Positions 31,483-41,511 are shown, counted from the first letter of the stretch. The stretch is DNA of 64,000 nt from Candidatus Moraniibacteriota bacterium (GCA_041583775.1 JBFHFF010000002.1:64274-128273); one strand, 5' to 3'. Translations and numbers: made by a program. The notes: generated by a model not told the origin, from the sequence alone.

Positions 31483-32145
31483 TTAAGAATTACCATACTT
31501 TCCTAGAAATTCCTCCCTAGAAATAGAAGCCGTAGCCTTTTTTAATTTTTCATCAATTGATTCCACACTAAACCCCAACTTCTCTTCTATAAATTTTCTA
31601 TGGTAATATACAATCCAGGAATATCCTTTGATTTTTTCAATTGAAGAAAACTCTTCATTTGATTTAATTTTTTGAGCTAATTCCTTAAAACCCTCGATTA
31701 AAACAGTTATTGTCTCCCTCATATCTTCAGTTGGTATTATCGGTATGTGTATGTTTATTTCTGTCATTGCCTCATTAAAATCATAGGAAAGAACTTCATT
31801 TATTTCTGAAAAACCGAATTCTTTACGATCTTCTCGTGAAAAATTTTTTATTTGTTCAAGTGTATAATTTTCGTTATAAAAACAAAAAAGTTCCCGTGCA
31901 ATAAAGTCAGCAAGCTCCTCCTTGCTCTTTATATTAACTATATTTAATCCTTCTAACCGTTTAACTGATTCGGTTCTTATACTGGATTTAATTTTTCCCA
32001 TTGTCTCCATAAAATAACAAAGCCGATCTTCTGGCTTCTCCCCTTCGGATTGCAAAATAGTACTGTAAATTCTTTTTTTAAATGAGTTTAAATAACTATC
32101 AGGCATTTTAGAAATATTTTTATTCAGATTTTCAATATTTTCCAT
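31483..32145 (-). CDS. Hypothetical protein
   Basis: 220 aa; no motif. Confidence 0.4.
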   Translation of the reverse strand: MENIENLNKNISKMPDSYLNSFKKRIYSTILQSEGEKPEDRLCYFMETMGKIKSSIRTESVKRLEGLNIVNIKSKEELADFIARELFCFYNENYTLEQIKNFSREDRKEFGFSEINEVLSYDFNEAMTEINIHIPIIPTEDMRETITVLIEGFKELAQKIKSNEEFSSIEKIKGYSWIVYYHRKFIEEKLGFSVESIDEKLKKATASISREEFLGKYGNS

Positions 32146-32160
32146 ATATTTATAATATTT

Positions 32161-32634
32161 TTATTTTATGATATGCAATCCATTCTCATCAAAACCCAAT
32201 AATCCTCTGTCTAAATTTTCATTCTCCACAATGTTTTTAAAACCATCTTTAAATTTTTTAAAATAACTAGAAACAATTACTCCCAATTTCATTTTGCTTA
32301 ACTCTTCAAAAGAAAAAAAATCTATCTCTTGTCCTTCATTTCCCAATTTAATATCTTTTATTTTATCTTCCGATAATTTAATCCAATAGAGAGAATGTTC
32401 CAGTTTATCTGGAATAATAATCTTACCAATTTCCTTTATTTCATCCTCTGAAATTTGAAGATTTGATTCCTCCTTAACTTCTCGAATCAAAGCCTCTATG
32501 GGAGTTTCGTTTGCTTCCAGATATCCACCTATCAATTGCCAGCAGTTAGGATCCGGGATTCTTGGATTATTATCGCGCAACAACATTAATACTTTTTTAT
32601 TACATGTTATTAAAGCTCCTGATGATTTTTTCAT
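32161..32634 (-). CDS. NUDIX hydrolase
   Basis: Nudix box GGYLEANETPIEALIREVKEESNL. Confidence 0.55.
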   Translation of the reverse strand: MKKSSGALITCNKKVLMLLRDNNPRIPDPNCWQLIGGYLEANETPIEALIREVKEESNLQISEDEIKEIGKIIIPDKLEHSLYWIKLSEDKIKDIKLGNEGQEIDFFSFEELSKMKLGVIVSSYFKKFKDGFKNIVENENLDRGLLGFDENGLHIIK

Positions 32635-32986
32635 ATTAATTTATTTAGATAATTTTTTTAGCAATCATTATATTCTCTTTCTTCTTATTAATTCCCCAAA
32701 GATAGCAAAAAAAATCTTTGGATCACTACATAGCCAGAACGGTCCTCGAACAGTTTTAGGTATTGCAAATTTTACATAATAATACCACTTAAAATCAAAA
32801 AATACCTCCCCTATTTGATTGATATTTTTATTTTATCTGCACAGGATGAGAGAAAAACTCACTCGCGAAGCTCTCAATAGGGCTTCCGCCCTCTTATCCT
32901 CCCCATTCTTCGTCAGTCACCCCAAACTGGAAACTTCCGTTTCCCAACCCCTTCCCACTTCGATTCTCTCCTTGCAAATTAAAAAT

Positions 32987-33046
32987 ACCCTTGAAAGGGT
33001 ATTTTATTTGCACGGGGTCGTGAAGGATGTTAGAACTATTTTTATA
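32987..33046. repeat. Intergenic repeat family, copy C: hairpin ACCCTTgaaAGGGT plus core GCACGGGGTCGTGAAGGATGTTAGAACTATTTTTAT
   Basis: See copy A. 22 of 22 identity with copy B over GGATGTTAGAACTATTTTTAT. Confidence 0.5.
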
Positions 33047-33250
33047 AAAAGAAGTGACCCTCTTTTTATTCCAAATTCAAAGAATATTTAGTCTATATGG
33101 TCTGTTTTTTAATAAATTTAAAAGATAAACCTACTTTTATAAAAAATATCGACTTCTCTTATAAAAACTTCCCTTAAAGTTACCTAAACCCTCCTTATAC
33201 AAGTAAATTCCCTTGTATTAGCCAAAATAACGACTTCCCTTATCTTAATG

Positions 33251-34711
33251 CTAACTTCTCTTAATTGAATATAATGCATTTATATCACGTTTTTTTGTGG
33301 TATTTTTTTCCAAAACATCCATTAGACAAAATTTGTTAAGATATCCTCTTATGACTTTATCACTTTTAGATAGGCTAATACTCAACTGTCCAACTGTGGC
33401 ACCATTGCTCGCCAAAATATACGACAATATTTCTATTTCTGTTTCATTCAAGTGTTTCCACATCGATTCAACCTTTTTCATCACAATCTCTGGGATAGCT
33501 TTTTCGTGATCTGCTATCTTATTCCTAAGTATAAGAGTAACTGTATTGTTTCTATCATAATATTTTGGCTCTGCCAACATTGATTTTTCCATCGATTCAA
33601 AAATACGAGAAACTCCTTCATTTAATTCTCGTACAAGTCCCAAATCCGACAACACTCGTGCTACTCTTGGATTCCTAGAAAATCTCTCTTCTCTTATGTT
33701 TTCAACTGTAACCTGAGCTGGCAAAGGTCCACTATTGGATATTTCCAAACGATCATCAAAATGTTTTATATAGATACAATTTCCTTGAACATTATACGAA
33801 CGATGGCAAAGAGCATTAACCAACCCCTCAAGCCACGCTTCTTCTGGATATTCAGAAATCTTTACAAATCGTCCCTTCTCTACATCTAAATAATAATAAT
33901 CTCTTAATGAGGCATAGATAAATTTCTGGAGATCCCTTGCAAGAAGTGGAATACATCCCTCAAAACGTTCGTCTTTGATAACGTTGTGATCCACTCCTGT
34001 CTTTGCCACCACTCCATCATAACGTATGTATCTAGCGCACGATGACGGAATATACTTATCGGGATTTTTTGCAAAAAGAAGAACGGCTGAGTTTTTATAA
34101 ACCACCTCATTTCCGTCTCTGATAGCTAGGTTCCTACTGAGAAGAAGTTCCTTGTAATCACCCTCAAATTTAAGCTGCTTCTTATAAAATTCTAGGGTTT
34201 TTTCTTCAAAATCATTAGTGTCAAAGTCTTTCCTAGGTTCATCTTCAAAGCTTCTTATTTCTCTGTCATATTCCAATTTACGGACCTCTTCTCTGGTCAA
34301 TGGACCTTTGTTTGAGTCTCCTATCCTTATATAAACATCTTCATTATCTTTTCTGCAAAATACTCTTTCGTAATCCTGTTCTATGTGATAAATAAATAGC
34401 AACTCACCAGAATCCAAAATTACTTCCTCAAGCTCTACATTCGCTGGAGGAGCTATAAAATCAAAACAAATTTTACGATACCGATCGATTAAATTAGTAT
34501 TCATTGTTTTTAAATCTTGAACACCATCTTGTTCAGAAACACCCACTACTATAATCCCGCCGTCAGCATTAAGCATTCCAATTATCTCATTAGCAAGCTT
34601 TGTGGGTTTCAATCCAGATTCCTCAATCCCTTTTCTCTCGAAATACTGTCCTTCTACTTTTTCTATTAGATACTCTACAGTTATTCTTTTATCTATTTTA
34701 GAAATACTCAT
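33251..34711 (-). CDS. Schlafen/AlbA_2 domain plus HATPase_c_4 plus C-terminal wHTH protein (so-called RecG-like putative regulator/ATPase)
   Basis: KLANEIIGMLNADGGIIVVGVSEQDG (AlbA_2). ALCHRSYNVQGNCIYIKHFDDRLEISNSGPLP (HATPase_c_4). Confidence 0.7.
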   Translation of the reverse strand: MSISKIDKRITVEYLIEKVEGQYFERKGIEESGLKPTKLANEIIGMLNADGGIIVVGVSEQDGVQDLKTMNTNLIDRYRKICFDFIAPPANVELEEVILDSGELLFIYHIEQDYERVFCRKDNEDVYIRIGDSNKGPLTREEVRKLEYDREIRSFEDEPRKDFDTNDFEEKTLEFYKKQLKFEGDYKELLLSRNLAIRDGNEVVYKNSAVLLFAKNPDKYIPSSCARYIRYDGVVAKTGVDHNVIKDERFEGCIPLLARDLQKFIYASLRDYYYLDVEKGRFVKISEYPEEAWLEGLVNALCHRSYNVQGNCIYIKHFDDRLEISNSGPLPAQVTVENIREERFSRNPRVARVLSDLGLVRELNEGVSRIFESMEKSMLAEPKYYDRNNTVTLILRNKIADHEKAIPEIVMKKVESMWKHLNETEIEILSYILASNGATVGQLSISLSKSDKVIRGYLNKFCLMDVLEKNTTKKRDINALYSIKRS

Positions 34712-34846
34712 AAAAAATTATTTAATTAAAAAATATTTACCATAATCGCTTAAAACAAAACTATCTATACGCATATACTAATTAATTATCTTTATCGTCA
34801 ATGTCTTTAGATTATTTCAAAAAATTGAAAAGCTATGTTTTTAATT

Positions 34847-35491
34847 TTATTTTCTTTTCTGAAAAATCCTTAATTTACTTATCTTATTTTTAATAGCAGC
34901 TGGCATAAAGCCAAAGTGACCATAGAACACCCACATATAGGTAAGAAAAAATATAATGTTAGCAAATAAAAAAAATATAGATACGTACTTGTTCTCCAAA
35001 AAATTATTGGTCAATGAAAATATGACCGTGCATATAATAGAAATGAAAGACGGCAAAATAAAGGTGCTAAACACCACCATATAAAATGCTGTATCTTTTT
35101 TGAAATTCAAGAAAATAATTTCACTCCCCTTTTTTGTATAACTTTTTATCAGTTCCGTATTGTAACGAACTACATTTTCTTTTCCTGACAATTCTTTTAT
35201 TCTGCTCTCAATTTCACTACTCAGATATGCCCGTAATTCCACAACATTGAGAGCATTATCCAACCACCACAAACCAAATAAAGCTGATTCGATAGGTACC
35301 AAAAAAATCAACCAGCGACCAAGAGGAAGTAAAAAAATTCCTCCTAATATTGTCGTGATCGTCGCAATGTGCATCTGAAGAAGTGTATTTTGAGCGTTAC
35401 TTCGATTTTGCACCTCAGTATTCAAAACGTTATACTCTACAAGGACTGCGGATAGCGCATTTCCATCTATTTCTTTTGTTGCTTTGTTCAT
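34847..35491 (-). CDS. Membrane protein, hypothetical
   Basis: 4 TM helices; no motif. Confidence 0.4.
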   Translation of the reverse strand: MNKATKEIDGNALSAVLVEYNVLNTEVQNRSNAQNTLLQMHIATITTILGGIFLLPLGRWLIFLVPIESALFGLWWLDNALNVVELRAYLSSEIESRIKELSGKENVVRYNTELIKSYTKKGSEIIFLNFKKDTAFYMVVFSTFILPSFISIICTVIFSLTNNFLENKYVSIFFLFANIIFFLTYMWVFYGHFGFMPAAIKNKISKLRIFQKRK

Positions 35492-35782
35492 AATTTTGTT
35501 TGATTGCTCGTCCGCAGGGCTATTTGACAGATTAATGCCTTAATTGTAACACAGGAGTTTTCATATTACACTAATTTATATAAAAAATAGCTAACAAAAA
35601 CACTTTGGAAATCCACACCCAGCGATGGATACTATAACCATTTTTATTGGAAAAGAAGGGAATGGTTATATTTAAATATCAATCTCTTTAATTCAATTTT
35701 GTTTGTTTTGAATTTCTAGAAGGAATATATTCCAAAACCTTTTCGACCTCATTGACTGTTGCATCTAGGTCAAACTCCCCAT

Positions 35783-36631
35783 CTATTTTTTCACTCTCTG
35801 AATCAATTTTATTTTTAATACGTCCGTGAAATGAAGTCTTATTTTGTTTTCTCTATATTTTTCCAAAAACTCTTCATCTTTTATGGTTGCTTTTATAATC
35901 TGGTCTCCTTTACCACCCAACCTAAACGACCACTGCCTTGGGTCAGCGTCAAAACTTCCTCTTTTTGGACTTACAAAAATTTCCATCTCCGTTTTAACCT
36001 CTTCTTCTACTGCTAAGGAAGGTATTTCTGCTTCTGAATAATTTCTAAAACTTTCTACATCACCTTTGTTAAAAGTAACTTTTGTTTCTTCTTCTTCCTT
36101 TTGTAAATAACAATCTATACTTTCTACGTTATCTCCTTCCAATGGTAGACCATATGAATTATAAACAAATTTTTGTATATTATTGTTCGAAAATAATTGA
36201 TGAGTTCTACTGCCAACTACAAAAGCATTACCCTCTTCATTTGTGTATCTAATCTCATTAGGCTTTAGTTGCTCCACTGTTTTAGGCTTCCCTTTTAGTT
36301 TTTTTATTAACCAAAATAGACTTCCTCCTCCTCCAGTAATTAACCCTACCCACTCAAGCAGCTCCTTTATATCCTTTGTGCTATCCTTATTTATTAAATC
36401 TAATATTCCTTGACAATTATTTTGAGCAAACAATACAATATCAACAATAAAAGAGCCTTCCCTAAAAGGTTTTATGTTAACAGCGACCTCCCTACCATTA
36501 GGATTTAAAATTTTATTGCTCTCTTTTATCAGCTCGCCGAGGGATAACAATACTGGTGCTAACTCGAAAACATCCAATCCACAATCAATATTCTTGCCAT
36601 CTAACCGATAAATAAAATTAACCTTTTTCAA
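35783..36631 (-). CDS. Hypothetical protein (downstream neighbour of the RelA/SpoT-fusion gene)
   Basis: 282 aa; no motif. Confidence 0.45.
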   Translation of the reverse strand: MKKVNFIYRLDGKNIDCGLDVFELAPVLLSLGELIKESNKILNPNGREVAVNIKPFREGSFIVDIVLFAQNNCQGILDLINKDSTKDIKELLEWVGLITGGGGSLFWLIKKLKGKPKTVEQLKPNEIRYTNEEGNAFVVGSRTHQLFSNNNIQKFVYNSYGLPLEGDNVESIDCYLQKEEEETKVTFNKGDVESFRNYSEAEIPSLAVEEEVKTEMEIFVSPKRGSFDADPRQWSFRLGGKGDQIIKATIKDEEFLEKYRENKIRLHFTDVLKIKLIQRVKK

Positions 36632-36669
36632 TATAGTATGCTAATTAATTATGTTTTGCTGCCTCCTTT

Positions 36670-36847
36670 ATTATACACGATTTTTATCAATAAATCTTTC
36701 TATTTCACCACCCTTGTTCCGCTCATCTATCTTCAAGAGTAAATCGAAAAAACCAACGAAATTACTTTTAGACTCAGAGACCTCTTTATCAGTTAATTTT
36801 TTTCCACTTAATTTTTCATAAAACTCTTTGTTGCTTTTTTTATTCAT
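36670..36847 (-). CDS. Small hypothetical protein (about 58 aa) between the RelA/SpoT-fusion gene and 35783-36631; not in the ORF track. Coordinates are approximate (plus or minus 1-2 nt at the 3' end)
   Basis: Hand translation gives MNKKSNKEFYEKLSGKKLTDKEVSESKSNFVGFFDLLLKIDERNKGGEIERFIDKNRV. Confidence 0.3.
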
Positions 36848-36935
36848 AAATATAAATATTTATTTAAAGTATTTTTCTATACTAACTTATGAAAAAATCC
36901 AGACCTTAGCTCCGAAAAAAATCTGTCGATAGATA

Positions 36936-39900
36936 TTATTTTTCAAATTCAAGTTTTCTTAGTTTAATTCCCTCTTCCTCTTTCTTCCTTTGTTCATCTG
37001 CCATTTCGTTTAAATTTTCAATCATTTTTATGGCAAATCTGCTAACCCTATCTTCGGCTGAATCCAGATATTTTTCTAAAGAACTGGCTTTATTTCTTAA
37101 GCTATCAGAAAAACCATACTCACCAGAAACTACGCCAGTTTTATGCATAAGAGAAGCAACCCTGTTTAAAATCTTTTCATCATCAGTTCTCTTAACAATT
37201 TCAAAACAAATTTCAAATGATGGAACGCTAACCGTTCTTAAAATATCAACCGCATTTGCCAAACTTTTAGCATCCCCTTTTTCGATAATATTTTTCAATA
37301 CTTTATCAAAAGATTTATCTATTTTTTCTATAAACTGCCCTAACTCCCAATTATATATGCTCCACTCCTTTGTCATCTTCTCTGACCATTTTCCGATATA
37401 ATTAATATATTCGTCATTTTTACTTATATATTCGGCAAGATTCTCATTAAAATTAAACGGAATAGCTTCATAATGATGCAGTCCTAATCGCTTCTTTGGT
37501 TTCTCTTTTTGTGCCCTTTTTATCCTATTTAGAATAAGCTCCATAATTGAGTCGAAATTCTTTTTTTCCATATTAAGAAGAAGTTCTTGGGCGTCACAAT
37601 TAAAATCTTCTATTTCGACCAACTTACTCAAAATATACTTTTTAGTTTCTGTCCTAAACTTTGAACAATCAATTGATTCTCTAATCTCCATATGGTGCAA
37701 CTCTCGTATAAAAAAACCTGGCATTAATGGGTTTTTTTCGATTTCAGAAATAAACAATTTTTCAATCACCTTAGGGTTCTTTGCGTGAATGCTTGAGAGG
37801 CCTTGCATTAAAGAGGAATGAAAGGCAAATTCATTGACACCCTTCCTTCTCAAAAAACTAAATGTTCTGTCTTTATTTATAGACCTTTGAAATAATTCTA
37901 TGTCTTTTCTTCTTACACCTTTTTTTATCCCCTTTTTATTAATATACAAAAACGAAAGATAGGCATCAAAAAGCTGTTCTGCGGATTTGTTTTTTATAAT
38001 TATGTCTACATATTTGTCCCAAAGTTGAAGGTTATCTTCTTTTCTAAATCCATATAAAAATTGTCCCACAAATTTGAACAGTGGTTTTTTATTTTTAACC
38101 GCATCGTCCAAAATAATTTCGGCTATTTCTGGTTTTTTCTCAGCTAATCGCTGAAGCAAAGAGTTAAATCCTTGAAGTTTCCAACTCTCTTCTTCAACTC
38201 CATATTGCGCCATATCATTCAATATTATTTTCCATTTTTCAACACTTTTCAAGTTTATTTTAGACAAACAAGATGAAATGGTGTCATTCCTTCTCTTTTC
38301 ATATGCTTCGTATTTCTTTTCTTCCTTGTAAACAATGTCACCGATTAGAACCCTATACAATCCATAAAACTCATCTGAACGTATTTTACTTAATATTTTT
38401 TTTATTTTTTCTTCGTTTTCAGTGCCGAGTTTGTCTATCCAGATTAATTTTTCTTCTATTTCCAAAACGATTGGTGATTCAGCTTTAATATTGTCCTGCT
38501 TACCAAAAATGATATCCTCATAAAAATCCATAACGTATTCGAGTTCTTCATAAATGAATTTTCTTCCTTTCTCATCTATATTAGAATGAAAACGAGAAAT
38601 GTTTTCAAGTGTTTCAAGAAGACTAATTTTAGATTTCACATCAACAACCCGCCCGTATAGATTTTTTATTAAATCAATTGCTTCTCTTCGTATCTTTCTC
38701 AATTCTTCACTCGGAACGAGTGGTCCAGAAATCAATGATATGGTGTTCCAATCTCTCATCTCCTGTAACTCATAAGAAAACTCTAGAATTTTACCAAGCG
38801 CTTTGTTTATTATTTTCAAATTCCTTATTTGCTTAGCATTGTCCCATACTAAAATCGTAGCAATTAAATCTTTTTGATACTTATAAAGAAAAGCTACTGA
38901 ATTTTTTCTTTGTCTCAATACCTGATATTTTGAAAAGTTTTTCACAGCATCTAGAATTTTTTTCTCACTTAATCCCATTTCTTCGTATTCGCAAAACTCC
39001 ACGAGAAGATTAAAGGCATTTATAAAATCAGCATTTTTGATTTTGTTAATAATATCTATGCATTTTTCAGCAATATTTATCAAAGTTTTTCCTGGTATTT
39101 CACCTAATATACTTGATTCATTTTTCTTCTTGTTTGTTTTGACTTTATTCATACAGTCCCTTAATAAATCGACTATTTCTTCATTGCCATATCTACCGAT
39201 ATTTACCTCCTCGGTATACTTCTCCAATAACAACAATTCTTGGTAAATTTTATTGTTGTTTTGGGACCTTATATGTTCAGGATTGAATATTGCACGGCCT
39301 TTTTCAAGTTCACCGTACAAATAGGAGATGTTTTCAAACTCAAAACTTGCTTCATTAATGTGCCTTATCATTATATCTTTAAATCTCTCATCCAATATTT
39401 CGAATTCTTTTGGGTATCTCTTTTTCACTTCCTGTGTAGGTTTGTATATAATGTCGTGTTCTAGTTCGGACCAAGCGTGAAACAATGGTGTTGTTAATTG
39501 TATTTCACATTTTAGACCCTTAAATTTTGAATATTCCAATAATCTTAATCTTTCTTCATTAAGACCATTAACAACCAAGTGGATTGCCTTGTAACCATCG
39601 TGCTTTAACTTTCTTTTTATTTTTACATTTAGCAACTCCTTCTCTACTAATTTAGAAAACTTATCAGCTTCACTTTCCAAGTAAAAAATTATTCGTACCC
39701 CAGCCAAATCATCAATATCTGAAAATTTCTTTATACTCTTTTCAATATAATAGACTGAACTTCCTTCTGGTCGCTTTAACTTTTCTTTTAGCTTATATTT
39801 TTCTTTTACTCTATAAGTTATAACTTGAATTTTTGATTTAAGCTTTTTTTCTTCAATTATTTTTTCAATTATCGTTTTTATTGCCAAAGCAAAACTCTCA

Positions 39901-39974
39901 TACAACTTTATTTTTTCATCGTTGTATTCAATCATTATTTGATTCACCCTGTCGTCTGCTTTACGTTTTTTCAT
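36936..39974 (-). CDS. RelA/SpoT-family nucleotide pyrophosphokinase (small-alarmone-synthetase-like) N-terminal domain fused to about 800 aa of uncharacterised alpha-helical region
   Basis: All synthetase-domain motifs are present in the first 200 aa: YRVKEKYKLKEKLKR, DDLAGVRIIFY, GYKAIHLVV, CEIQLTTPLFHAWSELEHDIIYK. There is no HD hydrolase, TGS or ACT domain. Confidence 0.75.
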   Translation of the reverse strand: MKKRKADDRVNQIMIEYNDEKIKLYESFALAIKTIIEKIIEEKKLKSKIQVITYRVKEKYKLKEKLKRPEGSSVYYIEKSIKKFSDIDDLAGVRIIFYLESEADKFSKLVEKELLNVKIKRKLKHDGYKAIHLVVNGLNEERLRLLEYSKFKGLKCEIQLTTPLFHAWSELEHDIIYKPTQEVKKRYPKEFEILDERFKDIMIRHINEASFEFENISYLYGELEKGRAIFNPEHIRSQNNNKIYQELLLLEKYTEEVNIGRYGNEEIVDLLRDCMNKVKTNKKKNESSILGEIPGKTLINIAEKCIDIINKIKNADFINAFNLLVEFCEYEEMGLSEKKILDAVKNFSKYQVLRQRKNSVAFLYKYQKDLIATILVWDNAKQIRNLKIINKALGKILEFSYELQEMRDWNTISLISGPLVPSEELRKIRREAIDLIKNLYGRVVDVKSKISLLETLENISRFHSNIDEKGRKFIYEELEYVMDFYEDIIFGKQDNIKAESPIVLEIEEKLIWIDKLGTENEEKIKKILSKIRSDEFYGLYRVLIGDIVYKEEKKYEAYEKRRNDTISSCLSKINLKSVEKWKIILNDMAQYGVEEESWKLQGFNSLLQRLAEKKPEIAEIILDDAVKNKKPLFKFVGQFLYGFRKEDNLQLWDKYVDIIIKNKSAEQLFDAYLSFLYINKKGIKKGVRRKDIELFQRSINKDRTFSFLRRKGVNEFAFHSSLMQGLSSIHAKNPKVIEKLFISEIEKNPLMPGFFIRELHHMEIRESIDCSKFRTETKKYILSKLVEIEDFNCDAQELLLNMEKKNFDSIMELILNRIKRAQKEKPKKRLGLHHYEAIPFNFNENLAEYISKNDEYINYIGKWSEKMTKEWSIYNWELGQFIEKIDKSFDKVLKNIIEKGDAKSLANAVDILRTVSVPSFEICFEIVKRTDDEKILNRVASLMHKTGVVSGEYGFSDSLRNKASSLEKYLDSAEDRVSRFAIKMIENLNEMADEQRKKEEEGIKLRKLEFEK

Positions 39975-40252
39975 AAAAATTCATCTTTGAAACTTATTGC
40001 CTTAATCATACACCCAGACATTATCTTTACAACCTAACTTAAATTCAAAAAAGTTATAGCCAAAAAATCTCTACTTCTAAAAAAATAAAGGAAAATGAGC
40101 TTTGTTTATAGTCGAATTCTTTGTTCCACCTTTTATAGATCTATATCAAGCAATTGACTAGGATTAGATATAAGATCTACATTAATCAACCTATCAAACG
40201 CTTTTTCTTTTTTCAACACCGCTTTTTCACTTTCAAACGGAAAATCTTCCAA

Positions 40253-40519
40253 CTAAACAAATTCTTGACTAAAATCAATTGCCTCAGTCTTCAATGTCCC
40301 CCAATTCGTTGGTAGAATCCCCTGAAGACACCTAGGAGGCTCCTCTCCTGTCTTTTGCTTGATATGTTCGATAGCTGGGCTTGCGTCTCCCTTGCAGTGC
40401 ATGGTGAGCCAATAACACTTGTGTTTATTCGTTACCTTTTCTAAAAATTCTACTGCGCCAATTGCCCAGTTACCATCTTTAGTAAGAAGAACTCCATCTA
40501 TGTCTAGATATACATTCAT
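40253..40519 (-). CDS. Small HAD-like hypothetical protein
   Basis: N-terminal DIDGVL motif. Confidence 0.35.
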   Translation of the reverse strand: MNVYLDIDGVLLTKDGNWAIGAVEFLEKVTNKHKCYWLTMHCKGDASPAIEHIKQKTGEEPPRCLQGILPTNWGTLKTEAIDFSQEFV

Positions 40520-40564
40520 TTTTAATAAATTGCTAATTATAGAAACAAGGTAATTCTAAGTAAC

Positions 40565-40804
40565 TTAAAGAACCTCATTTTTACGCGCAAGAAGTTCTGC
40601 ATCTTCCAATCTGATTTTCTTTCGATACGCAAAAAATACTTTTTCTACTATTTTAATATCTTCCAACGAATACTTCCTTCCCTTTTCGAGTGCCTCTTTC
40701 AAAACGTACATTATTTCTTCTTCAGAGAATTTTCCTGCATTAAATGCATTAAAGTCTCCTGTTTCATTTGTATATTCATTTTTAATATCGATGATTTCCA
40801 TCAT
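40565..40804 (-). CDS. Small hypothetical protein
   Basis: 79-aa open frame. Confidence 0.3.
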   Translation of the reverse strand: MMEIIDIKNEYTNETGDFNAFNAGKFSEEEIMYVLKEALEKGRKYSLEDIKIVEKVFFAYRKKIRLEDAELLARKNEVL

Positions 40805-40839
40805 ATCTTCTCTTGAAATCCCTTTATGCCCCTCGACTA

Positions 40840-41511
40840 TTAATATCCCCCAGATACAGTCTTCATACTCTTCGTCTCTCTTTTTTCCCTCTCAATGGTT
40901 TCATCGTCTGACACAGACATACCATCAAAAGATCCTGCATAAGTACAACAAACTACCCTACCATTCGGCAAACAAAGATACGTCATAATGGCACTATCTT
41001 CTGTTCTCATCCCCTCTAAAAGATATTTTACTTTTTCATCCTCTTCCTTAGAATGAATCTCAGCATTCCCATCTTCAACTATGGATGTGATTTTCTCATT
41101 CTTTATAAAACATTGGGGAACTCTAACTATTTCACCCTTCTTAATTTTCTCACGGATAATTTTTATATGTCTGTCAGTAGCAAATGATGATCCATTCAGA
41201 AACTCTTCCACGTCATTCATTTCCAAATGAAATTTAATAACTGCCCAGTCATCTTCATAAAAAGCATTTAACCCCTTCACATTTTCTTTTAGATCAATTT
41301 TTCTAAATCCCTTAACATCAATTAAATAGCCAGATTCTCTGTCAAAAAAAGACTTGCGAAATTTAATTCCACCGCCGTCCCTTTCATCGAACATTTTTTC
41401 ATCATTTTTTATGTAAGATTTTAGCTCTTTTAATCTCTTATAGCCTAAAATAAAAGACACTACCAATCCGATACATAAACCTGACACAAGATAAGTTGTT
41501 TCTATTGGCAT
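40840..41511 (-). CDS. Hypothetical protein with N-terminal TM
   Basis: 223 aa. Confidence 0.4.
   Translation of the reverse strand: MPIETTYLVSGLCIGLVVSFILGYKRLKELKSYIKNDEKMFDERDGGGIKFRKSFFDRESGYLIDVKGFRKIDLKENVKGLNAFYEDDWAVIKFHLEMNDVEEFLNGSSFATDRHIKIIREKIKKGEIVRVPQCFIKNEKITSIVEDGNAEIHSKEEDEKVKYLLEGMRTEDSAIMTYLCLPNGRVVCCTYAGSFDGMSVSDDETIEREKRETKSMKTVSGGY

Noticed and set aside
32880-32980. Possible tRNA gene in the C-rich segment
   Set aside because: No cloverleaf can be built: the T-stem flanks do not pair and no acceptor stem is present. Only a 13-nt T-arm-like match.
32819-33091. 90-aa plus-strand ORF overlapping repeat copy C
   Set aside because: It spans a C-rich non-coding stretch and a repeated intergenic element. 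No start context and low-complexity translation.
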